64,000 nucleotides of DNA from the NCBI GenBank assembly GCA_963662275.1, contig OY759316.1, positions 3,456,001-3,520,000 of the forward strand. The letters run 5' to 3'. Of the stretch, positions 50,024 through 61,050 are shown in pieces. A model generated the notes under the pieces. It ran no database searches. It saw only the letters and a list, made by a program, of their open reading frames with translations, and was not told the origin of the DNA. Every line of letters begins with the position of its first letter. The first letter of the stretch is position 1. Position numbers and translations under genes: made by a program. Origin of the DNA: Candidatus Cloacimonadales bacterium (lineage in GTDB: Bacteria > Cloacimonadota > Cloacimonadia > Cloacimonadales > DAONDQ01).

Positions 50024-51688
50024 TTATAACTTCCTCAGAATCTGTTTTTCGACGTTGATTGTCATTTTATTCACATGATGAAGAATTTCGTCGGCTTCAT
50101 CGATTATTTTCTTTGCGATATCCTTGTTTTCAATCCCCTGCATATTAATCCTGACATTATAATATGCTGCTTTTGCAGCTGCATTTGCAGTAACCGCTCC
50201 GGTTCCTGCATCAGAAAGCGCATTTGTATTACCGATCTTTGCAATTTTAGAGGATAACTCAATTGCTTCCTGAGCTATCTGGAGAACTTCAAATGGAACT
50301 AGAATAGCCTTCATTGTTGCTTCCTGCAATTGAGACTGACGATAATCCTTATCCTCCTGGGTTTTCTTGGGTAGTTTCATTGCGAACATCATTTCGTTGA
50401 AAGCATGTGTATCTTTATCAATCGCCGAGATAGCTTTCTCTTTGATCTTCTGACCTATTTCAGCTATCTCCCTTACTTTTGTCTGTACTCTCTCATAGCC
50501 TTTTTTATTGATCGTCAAATTTGCCACCATTGCGGAAAGTGCACCTGATATGGCTGCACATAAAGCAGCTACGCTTCCTCCGCCAGGTGCCGGTGAATCA
50601 GTGGAAAGGAGATCACAGAAATCAGAAACTGTCATATTCACTAAATTATCAGATTTAGAAATAGCGTATTCGATAATCTTCTTCTCTAGTTCAAAAGGTG
50701 AAACTTCAGCAAGTCCCATAGATTGAATTGCAGTTTCAATGATCATGTTTTCCGGAACACCTGTGCTCTCATTCATCTGTTTCAGATAATAAACACCTGC
50801 CATCAACATCGCTTCCTTAGGTATTAAACCAACAACTTCCGAACCAGTTACTATGACACCCTTCTTTAAAGCAAGTTCACGAACTTTTTCTAAAACAATA
50901 TGAGGTGGAGTAATTTTGAAATTTGTTAAATTAATACTTATCTGTGCTTTCTTGTATGAATCAATATACCAGCCTACAGCTTTGCAATAGCTAAATAATC
51001 CTGGCTCAATAATTTTTATTCCTTGAGCATCCTTCTGAATATTACCGTGTTTATCTTTTTTAACACGACCACTTTCGCGAATCATCATTGCAAGTTCATT
51101 GGCTTTCTTTTCATCCCTTGTATTTAGATTTATGTTATAGGCAATTAAAAATTCACGTGCGCCAATCGCAGTTGCACCAGATTTTTCATGAAATAGATGT
51201 GGACCATAATCAGGTTTCCAATTAGGATCTTTTGCTTTTTCAGATAAAGCTTCGTATTCCCCTTTTCGCACTTCAGCTAAATTCTTCCATTCCGGTTTAA
51301 CAGAGGCATATTCATAAAGATAAATTGGAATTCCCAATTCTTCTCCCACTCTTTTACCTAATTGATGAGCAAGAACTACACAATCGTCCATCGTCATCTC
51401 AGATATTGGAATGAAAGGACAAACATCTGTTGCTCCCATCCTGGGATGGGCTCCACTGTGCTTACTCATATCAATGAGCGAAGCAGCCGTTTTGATAGCT
51501 TGAAATGCTGCTTCCACAACAGCTTCAGGTTCACCAACAATTGTAAACACTGTCCGGTTAGTATCTGCACCTGGATCCATATCAAGCAGATTCACGTTTT
51601 TTACAGCGCGTATCGAATCAGCAATTGAATTCAAGATTTTTTGATCCCGTCCTTCACTGAAATTTGGTACGCATTCAACTAGTTTCAT
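50024..51688 (-). CDS. ftcD: Bifunctional glutamate formimidoyltransferase/cyclodeaminase
   Basis: ECVPNFSEGR, HPRMGATDVCPF, GAREFLIAYN, PAPGGGSVAAL, GNTNALSDAG. Confidence 0.95.
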   Translation of the reverse strand: MKLVECVPNFSEGRDQKILNSIADSIRAVKNVNLLDMDPGADTNRTVFTIVGEPEAVVEAAFQAIKTAASLIDMSKHSGAHPRMGATDVCPFIPISEMTMDDCVVLAHQLGKRVGEELGIPIYLYEYASVKPEWKNLAEVRKGEYEALSEKAKDPNWKPDYGPHLFHEKSGATAIGAREFLIAYNINLNTRDEKKANELAMMIRESGRVKKDKHGNIQKDAQGIKIIEPGLFSYCKAVGWYIDSYKKAQISINLTNFKITPPHIVLEKVRELALKKGVIVTGSEVVGLIPKEAMLMAGVYYLKQMNESTGVPENMIIETAIQSMGLAEVSPFELEKKIIEYAISKSDNLVNMTVSDFCDLLSTDSPAPGGGSVAALCAAISGALSAMVANLTINKKGYERVQTKVREIAEIGQKIKEKAISAIDKDTHAFNEMMFAMKLPKKTQEDKDYRQSQLQEATMKAILVPFEVLQIAQEAIELSSKIAKIGNTNALSDAGTGAVTANAAAKAAYYNVRINMQGIENKDIAKKIIDEADEILHHVNKMTINVEKQILRKL

Positions 51689-52002
51689 GAAATTCCTCCA
51701 TCATTCTATTATTTATAATATATAAATTAATTAAAAGAAACATAAAAACATATTTAATATTAGAAATTCACTGTCAAATGAAAATTAATTGAAAATAATC
51801 TAGCCTTAAATTCATATAACCTGCATTATATATAGAGATCAGTGATTTTCATTTTTTTAATTGTAAAAGTAACCTCTTAACATGTTTGAAAATCATAAGA
51901 TTTGTTAAAATGTCAAGATATTTTAGTGAATCAGATTCATTAAACCGTATTTTAGCAGTTTACGATATAGAATATCAATAAATATTATTCCGTTAATAAA
52001 TA

Positions 52003-52032
52003 CAAAACCCCGGTTTTTATCCCGGGGTTTTG
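52003..52032 (-). terminator. Putative intrinsic terminator after the C25 genes
   Basis: CAAAACCCCGG-loop-CCGGGGTTTTG, 12 bp after the stop, T-rich tail on the minus strand. Confidence 0.7.
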
Positions 52033-52044
52033 ATTGGACTTCAA

Positions 52045-55000
52045 TTATTTGATCATAATCATTTTCTTAGTACTCGAATATCGGCCTGCTTCCATTCTCA
52101 TAAAATACACGCCACTGCTTACACTTCTTCCACTATTGTCTACACCATTCCAATTCACTTGATTCATTCCAGCAGGTAGATCTTTTTCAACAAGAGTCCG
52201 TACTTTTTGACCAAGAACATTATAAACTTCTAATTTCACCTTAGTTTTTTCCTTTAATGAGAAGGAAATAGTAGTGGAAGGATTAAACGGATTAGGATAA
52301 TTACCCAATAACGAGGTTATCGTTGGCAATGCATGGGAATCATCGTTGCCAACCAGAGAACCTTGTCCCATCACATTTATGATGTTCGTTTGATGTGCAG
52401 GATCATCGCTAGTAATCGTTATCTGTTGGTTATAAGTAAGTATTTCAGCAGGAGTAAATATAATGTCATAGGTTGCAGATTGACCAGCTTGGATATGATA
52501 AGATAATTGTGCTTCACCATCAGTTCCAGTAGGTGCAATCGTAAATTCATTGTTGCCTGTTATCGTGCCGATCATAACGACATCACCGTTATTGGTAATC
52601 GTAATAGGTCGGATGGCATGATCTGATATAGCCACATTCCCAAAAAACAGGTCAACGGAACTAAGTACGAGAGCAGGTGTCCCTGCAGTTCCACCAATGA
52701 TTGGAAAAACAATATTATCAAGCCAGGCACAATCACTTCCTCCAGTCAAACCTACATCTTTCACGTAACGCCATTTAAAAGTATTCTGCCCGGCAGATAC
52801 ATTAAAACTATGTTGCATCCATGCAGTTTCACCAGACCACTGCTCTTGCTGAATATTATTGATGAAGAATTGAAGATAATCGTAATTTAATTCACTGGAG
52901 GTCTTACAGTAAAAGGATATCGTACCATCCTCTACAGTTGTGACAGAAACCTGCATTGATGTTGAAGCATTATGCCCGATAACTGGTGACTGAATACAAT
53001 ATATATCTGAGTAGGGATCAGCAGTTGTCAGAGTCCAAATACCACCATCGAATATCCAGGGAAATGCTGTCAGAGTACCAGATTCAAAATCTTCTCTCAC
53101 CATTCCAACAATAACATCATAATTATACTCATTTGACTGGCTGCCGGAACTTGCCGTACAATGGATTTGCTGATGTGTACCAGCCAGAATCTGACTGCTG
53201 AATGTAACTTGAAATGTTGCACTTCCTGAAGTATTGATTGCCACATTCGTAAAAGTATTGTTCATTTCCTGTACAATGAAATTAGGTATTTGTTCATTTA
53301 ATGATACTACTGTTGTGGCAGCGTCCGTATGACCAGTATTGGTAAATGGTATTGTGATAATAACTGATTCTCCTGCATCGATTCGTCCATTGTGATTCCC
53401 CTGTGAATCATTGAACTGCAATTCATCAAATTGAAAAACAGGAGCATTAAGGATCAGATTTAATTCATAATTCCAAGAGTGATTATCTGAAGCTGTAATC
53501 AAAACATGAAACTGAGCTTCATGTTGATCAGGTATATTATTCGCAACTTGTATGTGAATACCATTTCGAGTGATTATGCTCTGTTGTGGGGAAATACTAG
53601 TAATTGTGACTGTATTATTAAGAATCGTTACATATGGATCTTCTGTGCTTGCAATTACCGTAATTGAATTTGCAGCAGCCATGCCCTGGTTAAATAACGC
53701 CAGATCCCAAAAGAATGACTCTCCAGAATCTGCCTGCTGGTTATCTCCATCAGATACAATTGAATTGGATACAACGATTACTGGACCATTCCCAGAAATC
53801 ATCGGTACTGAAGATACATTCGTTACTTTATCAAAAGCTGTTACGGTTAATGTCAATTCTTGTGGTTGTTGGGGAAGATTAGCTAAATTCAGAATAGTCT
53901 GGCCTGTAGCATCTGAATAAGCAGCACCATAAATCGTTCCATTTTTTGTTAAACTAACTAAAGCTCCTGCTACCCCTGTATTCACAGTAAATGTATTTGC
54001 ACCGAACAGTAAAGCTGGATCATGAGTAATTGTGAGAGAAGTAGGAACATTAGAACGAACCTGCAGAGAGGCATCTCCAAAGATATGCCAGGTTTTAAAC
54101 ATATCACTTCCATCAGTACCATAAACTTCAATCATTTTACATGAACCGTTATAAAATAAGCCACCGACTGAAGTTTTTAGGTTTTGGCGCAGCAAATCTA
54201 TAATCTCATCTTGTCCACGCATAGGAGAATTCCACGATTGATTAATAGAAGACATATAGACAGCAATTGCACCAGTGGGATTATTATTATGCGTGGCACG
54301 CAACCACGCTTCTGCAAAACAGGTTTGATTCGTAAAATTACCATTTACACAGGCAACTGAGACAATAACAGGCAACATATTTTCATTGGTAAGTGCATCA
54401 ATATGAGAATTTGAAAAGCCGGTGGTTACCCAATATGTACTTGCACCATGACCAACATAATCTATCCATCCGCGTCCCTGGTTCAAAGCTGAACTTATTT
54501 GAGTACTCGAAGCTCCATTTGCTTCATATGCTTGATCAACCGTTGATGTACCGGGAATTGGATTTGTATGATAATTATAGCTAGTTAAATTAGTTCGGAT
54601 ATTCTCCATATGAGCTTGATCTGATTCTCCCAAATCACCATCAGAACCTCCTCCATAAATGGAAGCAATCCCAATTGCTTTATTTAACCATGTTGCTGTT
54701 ATTGGCATATCTCTTTCATAGTATATTGTTCTGCTGACTTGAGTCTGTAATTGAGCAACCGTTTCCGCAGAAAATCTACCAATAAAAATATCTGGATAAC
54801 TATCATCACCGACAATAAGGGAGTAAGCAGGATCAGCTCCACCACCATAATAAGATAATGTGGGCATTTGAGAAGAATCACCAATTAGCTGAACAAATGT
54901 TAGGTCATTATCCTCGCTGTAACGAGTCCGGATATATTGTTGTACCGCGGTAGAAGAATTACCAATCGTAGATAATTCTACCAAATCAGTCGTAATTCCC

Positions 55001-55770
55001 TTTTGGCGTTTCCAATCCACATATGGTTGTATCGCTTCCAAATAGGAAGTAGGACAAATAACGAGAAGTTTACCAATTTCATCAACCGGAGTATATTTTG
55101 TTGGATTGAAATTCATAAACTGTTTGTCATATATTGTCCCAAAATCACTTGAATAACGATTATTCGCATTTGTTAGTATGTTAATTGTGTCCAAACCCGT
55201 ATTTACGAGCCTGATTCTAATATCAGTATATACTCGAAGATTTCCCGTCTGGGGATTAAACGCAAATGGTTTAAAAGAAACAGTAATACCTCTAAAGTCT
55301 CGAATGATAAAAGGTTCCGTAATTGACACATTCGCTGTTGGATAAAAACTATTCATGTTATATACATCGGAGAATATGTAAGGAACCTGGGAAGGATCAA
55401 CATTACGTTTCAATGCGCCTTTGGAGGGAATCACAGACATGGGATATTCAATGTATTCATTGGAAATTAGTTCCAGGTTCATCTTTGCTGTGCCTGGAAT
55501 TATGATGCTACGACTCACTGTTGGAATTTCCGGATATCCTGCTTCATAGGTAACTGCTTCATTTTTTAGTTGTAACTGATAATAAAGTTGATTATTTATA
55601 GTAACCGGATATCGGTTAAAACTTCCTAGTGAAAAATGAAGGATACTCTGAGAATCGTCAGAGATGACTAATTGAACATTGTTCTCATTATGATTAACAA
55701 CAATCTGTTCTGCACATAAACTACTCAACATGAATATCATACTGAGAATAATAAACAATAAGGATTTCAT
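52045..55770 (-). CDS. C25 cysteine peptidase, Arg-gingipain (Rgp)-like, with C-terminal sorting-like domain
   Basis: Propeptide, GRFSAE, GESDQAH, YVGHG, SVACVNG, SINQSWNSPMRGQDE, NYPNPFNP CTD. Confidence 0.92.
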   Translation of the reverse strand: MKSLLFIILSMIFMLSSLCAEQIVVNHNENNVQLVISDDSQSILHFSLGSFNRYPVTINNQLYYQLQLKNEAVTYEAGYPEIPTVSRSIIIPGTAKMNLELISNEYIEYPMSVIPSKGALKRNVDPSQVPYIFSDVYNMNSFYPTANVSITEPFIIRDFRGITVSFKPFAFNPQTGNLRVYTDIRIRLVNTGLDTINILTNANNRYSSDFGTIYDKQFMNFNPTKYTPVDEIGKLLVICPTSYLEAIQPYVDWKRQKGITTDLVELSTIGNSSTAVQQYIRTRYSEDNDLTFVQLIGDSSQMPTLSYYGGGADPAYSLIVGDDSYPDIFIGRFSAETVAQLQTQVSRTIYYERDMPITATWLNKAIGIASIYGGGSDGDLGESDQAHMENIRTNLTSYNYHTNPIPGTSTVDQAYEANGASSTQISSALNQGRGWIDYVGHGASTYWVTTGFSNSHIDALTNENMLPVIVSVACVNGNFTNQTCFAEAWLRATHNNNPTGAIAVYMSSINQSWNSPMRGQDEIIDLLRQNLKTSVGGLFYNGSCKMIEVYGTDGSDMFKTWHIFGDASLQVRSNVPTSLTITHDPALLFGANTFTVNTGVAGALVSLTKNGTIYGAAYSDATGQTILNLANLPQQPQELTLTVTAFDKVTNVSSVPMISGNGPVIVVSNSIVSDGDNQQADSGESFFWDLALFNQGMAAANSITVIASTEDPYVTILNNTVTITSISPQQSIITRNGIHIQVANNIPDQHEAQFHVLITASDNHSWNYELNLILNAPVFQFDELQFNDSQGNHNGRIDAGESVIITIPFTNTGHTDAATTVVSLNEQIPNFIVQEMNNTFTNVAINTSGSATFQVTFSSQILAGTHQQIHCTASSGSQSNEYNYDVIVGMVREDFESGTLTAFPWIFDGGIWTLTTADPYSDIYCIQSPVIGHNASTSMQVSVTTVEDGTISFYCKTSSELNYDYLQFFINNIQQEQWSGETAWMQHSFNVSAGQNTFKWRYVKDVGLTGGSDCAWLDNIVFPIIGGTAGTPALVLSSVDLFFGNVAISDHAIRPITITNNGDVVMIGTITGNNEFTIAPTGTDGEAQLSYHIQAGQSATYDIIFTPAEILTYNQQITITSDDPAHQTNIINVMGQGSLVGNDDSHALPTITSLLGNYPNPFNPSTTISFSLKEKTKVKLEVYNVLGQKVRTLVEKDLPAGMNQVNWNGVDNSGRSVSSGVYFMRMEAGRYSSTKKMIMIK

Positions 55771-55833
55771 ATTTCCTCCTCTCTATTTATAAAGCGAGAT
55801 TTTGTCCCAATGGCTATAACCTCGAAATTTAAG

Positions 55834-58800
55834 CTATTTTACCAGCATCATTTTCTTTGTAGAATTTACATTTCCTGCTTGGAAGTGATACAAATACATT
55901 CCTGTTGCCACAGCATGATTCAAATCATCTTTTCCATCCCATAATATACGATGATTACCTGCTAGTAATCTACTCTTTACAAGAGTTTTTACAAGCTGAC
56001 CTTTCACATTATATATCACAACCGTTACATTTTCCGTTTGTCTGAGAGAAAAAGCAATGTAAGTACTGGGATTAAAGGGATTAGGATAATTCCCATTTAA
56101 TTCAGTCTGCAATGGTACAACGGTATTGTCGTGATTACCAACTGGCACAATTGTACCTGTTAAGCTAATATTAAATACCTGGAGATAAGGATCATTTGTG
56201 GTTATAACCAATTGGTCATTAAGTATCCCTAATGTCTCTCTGTACAAGGTTAATCTGCAAGTTTGAGAAGTTCCTGGCTCAATTGAGAAGTTGTTAACGA
56301 CCTGGTCTCCAATCATCAAAGTATAATAATCAGGGTATGTTACTGTTCCTGTAAGAGTTTGTGTACCTAGATTCTGAATCAGAAATGACTTGGTAACTGT
56401 GGTTGAATCAGCAACATTTCCAAATTCTATATTTGAACTTCCAGTGAAAAACATGGGAGCGTTTGTTATGCCTGAAGCAGGAAAAGAAATATCGTCAATC
56501 CATGCACAGTCTGATCCGCCTTGATTGCTGATATCTTTACTATATGACCATTTAAGTAAGTGTGATCCTTGAGTAATTGAATATGAAGATTGAGTCCAAG
56601 CTAACTCACCGGACCAACTATCTAGTTCAATTCCATCAATATAGAAGAGTAATTTATCATAACCCTCTTCTGAAGATACTCTTTTCCAAAACGAGACGTT
56701 TCCTGCCATCGAGACATTTAAATTCACTTCCACTGAAGTCGTCTGAAAACTTGTGACCTGACCGGATTTTAAGCAATAAGTTCCTGTATGCGGAACAAAA
56801 TTTCCTGATACCACCATCCAATTTGAAGCACCAGACATAACCCAAGGAAATGCCGACACATTTCCGGTTTCAAAACCATCCCCAATATTGCCGATCTGTA
56901 TCATTGATGAAGTAATCGTGTTGCAATTCTCTCCTTGTATGGATATTCCAATCGGCAGAAGAATTCCAATAGCCACATCAGGGGATATGACAATATGACA
57001 ATTAAGAGTAGTATTCTGGTCTACATTCAAGCCCGATGAGATATCTGTTATCCCCTCGGAAATTGATAAAAGATGATTATTACTAACAATTACTGCATGG
57101 ATAGAAGAGCTGTTTGCATGACCTGTGTTGGAAATCGGAATGCTGAATTGAACGGTTTCTCCGGGATCATATGAATTATTCCCATTCCCTGTTATTTCCG
57201 TTATTATGGGACTTCCAATCAAAATATTCGGGGCATTAATGACAATATTCTCTTGGGCAATCCAATGCCCTGAATTAGCATCTGTCATGGTAATGGTAAG
57301 TGGAACACTATGCTGATCAGGAGCGTTATTCAGAACAGTAATATGATAAGCAGCGTTTATCGTGACAGTAGAATTTGCCCCAATATTAAGAGCAGAAGTC
57401 GTACTTGTATTCAAAATCACATATGGATCTGAAGTTGATAAAACTGCTGTTACATTTTGAGCATCCTGATATCCTGCGTTATTCACAAATAAGTTAACAT
57501 TAAAGGTTTCACCAGCTTCTGCCTGATGATTGTCTCCATCGGAAATGACAAAATTAGTAACTGATAAATAGGGACCTGCTAACGGAAGTACTTGAACATC
57601 CTGGATCAGCGGTCTCCTATTGGAACGAGTGATCACGATTTGAGCATTGCCTGTTTCAGTAAACGGAACGAATGTCAAATTAATCACTCCTGATTGATCA
57701 ACTAAACCAGCTCCATGTAACACATTATTCTTAGATATTGCGACATAAGAATATGGTTCTGCACTGATTTGAACTGTGCCGATACCCATGTTAATGGTGG
57801 ATGGAAGTGTCGCTGTATTTGCATTGGGGAGTCCCATATACGGCTGAAGGGCAGGATCACCCATAATAGAATAAATTTCCCAGTATAAGTTTATATTAGG
57901 ACTATTTGCTCTTGATACTGCAAGATTACCGGAAAAAACAATTGATCCCATACTATAAATCCAATCTTCAAATGCTTCTTCATGCTCATGGAAAAGAAGA
58001 TCATATGCACCTGCTTGATTGGCAGCCCAAGGTGTACCTCCACCAACGACTGGTTTATTCCCAACTGCCCACCAATAATCTTCATCCCATAAAGTACTGT
58101 TATTTCCGCCAATATAGGCAACAGCGCCTTTATTGGATGCGCGAAGCATCGCTTCTCCAAAACAAAGTGGTGTATCAAAGTGGTTAGTAAGACAGCAATT
58201 ACCAATGGCAACAAAGTACTTGTTCGCATTTGTTAATACATTAATATTGCTGATTGTCATGTAAGGGTCATACCATTGATCAACGTCTCCGTGGGCTGTG
58301 TAATTGGCAAAACCTATTCCACTGCTCAGATTGGTTTGGATTAGAGCTTCATTGCTATTGGAGCCGGAAGAGGGATAGAGATATGTATGTGACGTAATTC
58401 CATGTTGACTATTAAAATAATTCTGTGTCCCATAATTAATCTGCCCATTTGCATTTGACGGACCAAAATTAGTATCTACTCCAGCGATCATGACAACCTG
58501 CTGCAGATAACTGGGATCAGGCATAGAAAACTGTTCATACTGAAGAGATTTATCAATTTGAGGTTGCAATTCTGCAATCGTAGTTGCAGAAAAACGACCG
58601 TAGTACATTTCAGGAATATAATCATTTCCGTGTAAACGGAAGTAGGAAAGATCTGACACATGCCCCATATCTGTTGTACTTGTCCAGGCAGGTATCTGGG
58701 GAGTGTCTCCAACAAGAAGACAAAATGAAGGGGCGGGATTGGTTGCTGTTGCAGAATCCCATACACCCTGTAAATATGTTTTAATTGCAGTCGTTGTACT

Positions 58801-59649
58801 ACCTATCGTCCCCGCTCCAGTTCCAACAATAGATACTGTTACGTTATATCCCTGGCGCACTTTCATATCTATGAAAGGTTGTAAGGTAGTTCGGAAAGAA
58901 GCTGGAGTTAATATCAGGTATCCGAGAGGATAACGATTCAATGTGGAACGTGTATCCCGAGAATAGTTGAGAACCGATTTTCTATAGACTGATTCAAAAG
59001 CAAAGGATGCTGTTCTGGCAAGCAACTCAGTTGTCGCTGCCATATTTGCACCATCAAAATTTACCCTCATATCAACTTCAGAAACTACTTTGATCATTCT
59101 AGATACAGGATTATAACGTACTGGAACAAAATCCAGAGCAAAAAGACGGACACCACGCATATAGCCTAATTCGGTTACCTGGACAAGCGGTATACTGGAA
59201 TAGCTATCTGTATAATAACTTAATGTGTTGTATTCAAATGGCACATTCCCAGGTTCCTGATTTTTTGAAAGAGAGGGTTGATATGGCATTATTGGATAGT
59301 GAATCTGATAATCTTCTAGAGAATATGTTTTCTCATTTGTATTGGTTATAACCACGTTCACTTGTGCCCCAACAGGTACGGAAATTATCTTACGCAATAA
59401 TGGCAATTTTGGATATCCAACCTGGTTTGTTGAAGTATAATCATTAATTGTCAACTCGTTGAACACACCGGATTTCGTAATTATTTCCTGTGACTGCAAT
59501 TCTCCAACCGAGTAATGAATATCAAAACCCATACCTGTATTATTCGTTAAATTCAATCCTGTTCCCGTAGAAGAAACAGCAATAGATTGAGATGCCCACA
59601 TTGCCGAGTTCATTGCCAGCAGAAGGGCAAAAAGGATTACTTGCCTCAT
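55834..59649 (-). CDS. C25 cysteine peptidase, Lys-gingipain (Kgp)-like, with C-terminal sorting-like domain
   Basis: PEMYYGRFSA, NYTAHG, AIGNCCLT, WDEDYWWAVG, YWEIY..MGDP, NYPNPFNP CTD; start ATG 59649 after GAAGGAG. Confidence 0.92.
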   Translation of the reverse strand: MRQVILFALLLAMNSAMWASQSIAVSSTGTGLNLTNNTGMGFDIHYSVGELQSQEIITKSGVFNELTINDYTSTNQVGYPKLPLLRKIISVPVGAQVNVVITNTNEKTYSLEDYQIHYPIMPYQPSLSKNQEPGNVPFEYNTLSYYTDSYSSIPLVQVTELGYMRGVRLFALDFVPVRYNPVSRMIKVVSEVDMRVNFDGANMAATTELLARTASFAFESVYRKSVLNYSRDTRSTLNRYPLGYLILTPASFRTTLQPFIDMKVRQGYNVTVSIVGTGAGTIGSTTTAIKTYLQGVWDSATATNPAPSFCLLVGDTPQIPAWTSTTDMGHVSDLSYFRLHGNDYIPEMYYGRFSATTIAELQPQIDKSLQYEQFSMPDPSYLQQVVMIAGVDTNFGPSNANGQINYGTQNYFNSQHGITSHTYLYPSSGSNSNEALIQTNLSSGIGFANYTAHGDVDQWYDPYMTISNINVLTNANKYFVAIGNCCLTNHFDTPLCFGEAMLRASNKGAVAYIGGNNSTLWDEDYWWAVGNKPVVGGGTPWAANQAGAYDLLFHEHEEAFEDWIYSMGSIVFSGNLAVSRANSPNINLYWEIYSIMGDPALQPYMGLPNANTATLPSTINMGIGTVQISAEPYSYVAISKNNVLHGAGLVDQSGVINLTFVPFTETGNAQIVITRSNRRPLIQDVQVLPLAGPYLSVTNFVISDGDNHQAEAGETFNVNLFVNNAGYQDAQNVTAVLSTSDPYVILNTSTTSALNIGANSTVTINAAYHITVLNNAPDQHSVPLTITMTDANSGHWIAQENIVINAPNILIGSPIITEITGNGNNSYDPGETVQFSIPISNTGHANSSSIHAVIVSNNHLLSISEGITDISSGLNVDQNTTLNCHIVISPDVAIGILLPIGISIQGENCNTITSSMIQIGNIGDGFETGNVSAFPWVMSGASNWMVVSGNFVPHTGTYCLKSGQVTSFQTTSVEVNLNVSMAGNVSFWKRVSSEEGYDKLLFYIDGIELDSWSGELAWTQSSYSITQGSHLLKWSYSKDISNQGGSDCAWIDDISFPASGITNAPMFFTGSSNIEFGNVADSTTVTKSFLIQNLGTQTLTGTVTYPDYYTLMIGDQVVNNFSIEPGTSQTCRLTLYRETLGILNDQLVITTNDPYLQVFNISLTGTIVPVGNHDNTVVPLQTELNGNYPNPFNPSTYIAFSLRQTENVTVVIYNVKGQLVKTLVKSRLLAGNHRILWDGKDDLNHAVATGMYLYHFQAGNVNSTKKMMLVK

Positions 59650-59897
59650 GAATTCTCCTTCAAAAATCAATTTCAAAGCCTACATTATGATGTTAGGATT
59701 ATGTATTGTCAAGATGCTCGAATTTCATTTCCAAGTTTTACACTAATCCTATATATCATTATTTCAATCCAATATAATGCAAAAAAAGAGCCTGATATGT
59801 AGATTTTATCGAAAGTAAATGGAAGAATTGTATTTTTCTTCTGCTCCTTATAAAATCTCCATTCAGTATGAATTTAAAATATCTGCTTAACCAATAA

Positions 59898-60506
59898 TTA
59901 GAATGCCTTTTCCAACTTTGTTAATTCAATTTTTCCGACTAATGTTTTAAGAATTTCCACGTTATCAATTTGGTTCCCTTCAATACTGATACTTATCTTC
60001 TCACCAACCTGGAGGGTTAGTTTACCTGATTTGTTCTCAGCATCATATTCAGTAGTTCCTGTATAACCACTGATACGAATACTTTTAGCCCCATCGGATG
60101 ACCCACCACCATACATAGCAGCTAATCCGGCTGTTTTACCAAGTAATCCCCCTTCTGAAATTGTAAGTTCGATGGAACCATCTGCATCATTTCTATAGGT
60201 TCCTGTTGCAGTAATTGCATTGGCACTTCCCATGAAACCGCCCATCTGACCAAGTCCCTGACTTTTCTTCTCATCAAGTTTATATCCTGGAAGTATTTCA
60301 GGAATATATTTAACTAGCTCTTCCGATTGAATTTCACTGATCTTTGTAAGCGCAAAGTTGATTTCATCCTGCGCCTTTTGATAATTGTTCTGCTGAATCA
60401 GTGTTTTAGCATTATCTAAACTCGACAAGGCTTCTTCCTTGGCTGTTTGAGCTAATATTATCAACGTACATGTAGCGATTAAGCAACATAAAATGATTCT
60501 CTTCAT
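59898..60506 (-). CDS. Secreted hypothetical protein
   Basis: Signal peptide, AGGAGA RBS; no family recognised. Confidence 0.75.
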   Translation of the reverse strand: MKRIILCCLIATCTLIILAQTAKEEALSSLDNAKTLIQQNNYQKAQDEINFALTKISEIQSEELVKYIPEILPGYKLDEKKSQGLGQMGGFMGSANAITATGTYRNDADGSIELTISEGGLLGKTAGLAAMYGGGSSDGAKSIRISGYTGTTEYDAENKSGKLTLQVGEKISISIEGNQIDNVEILKTLVGKIELTKLEKAF

Positions 60507-60703
60507 AAAATTCTCCTTTTCTGTCTTCTAGATTTCGTCTTTATCAATTTCAATAATCTATTACTTTGAATAGATTTTTTTGTCTATTTTTTTCTTTTGC
60601 ATTTCGATGCCAGCATTTTTTAAATACACGTAAAAGAAATGAAGTTAGGTAATATTAGAAGTTTATAAACAGTACTTAGATAGTTGAAGATATTCAGTTC
60701 GGA

Positions 60704-60771
60704 ATTTAGGACGGGCTAGTTTTGTCATTAATTACTCCTTTTTCTCTAAACAAGGTCAACTTATTTAGGAC
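60704..60771 (-). mobile_element. Relic of the left end of the same IS3-type element
   Basis: Reverse complement GTCCTAAATAAGTTGACCTTGTTTAGAGAAAAAGGAGTAATTAATGACAAAAC closely matches 35238-35291, followed by a second IR-like GCCCGTCCTAAAT. Confidence 0.75.
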
Positions 60772-60919
60772 TGCTTAACCTGTCCCTGTCTAAACATCCA
60801 TAGGTTTGTGGGTCATTGAAGACCAGCATCTATCATCCACTATTCAGAAACAGCAGAACTTCTTGCTCGGTAACCACTTTGATGCCGATATCCGTCAAAA
60901 CTTCGCTGATGTAATAATT

Positions 60920-61035
60920 TAGAGTAGGACGCCGATCCTGCTGAATCGTAGCACTGACTTTAGGCGGTTATTTATGTAGAGTAGGACACCGATCCTACTG
61001 AATGCATTAGCAGTAGGGGCGAATGGCATTCGTCC
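60920..61035 (+). repeat. Cluster of GTAG-type REP palindromes
   Basis: TAGAGTAGGACRCCGATCCTRCTGAAT twice (60920, 60977); GTAGGGGCGAATGGCATTCGTCC at 61013. Confidence 0.75.
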
Positions 61036-61050
61036 ACATTACATTCGCAT

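Noticed and set aside
60833..60916. Minus-strand peptide YYISEVLTDIGIKVVTEQEVLLFLNSG*, possibly a gene tail
   Set aside because: Too short to assign and has no start codon
61023..61037. MAFVH start shared with the dnaE stub at 1399
   Set aside because: The ATG lies inside the REP GTAGGGGCGAATGGCATTCGTCC and similarity ends after five residues; treated as coincidence
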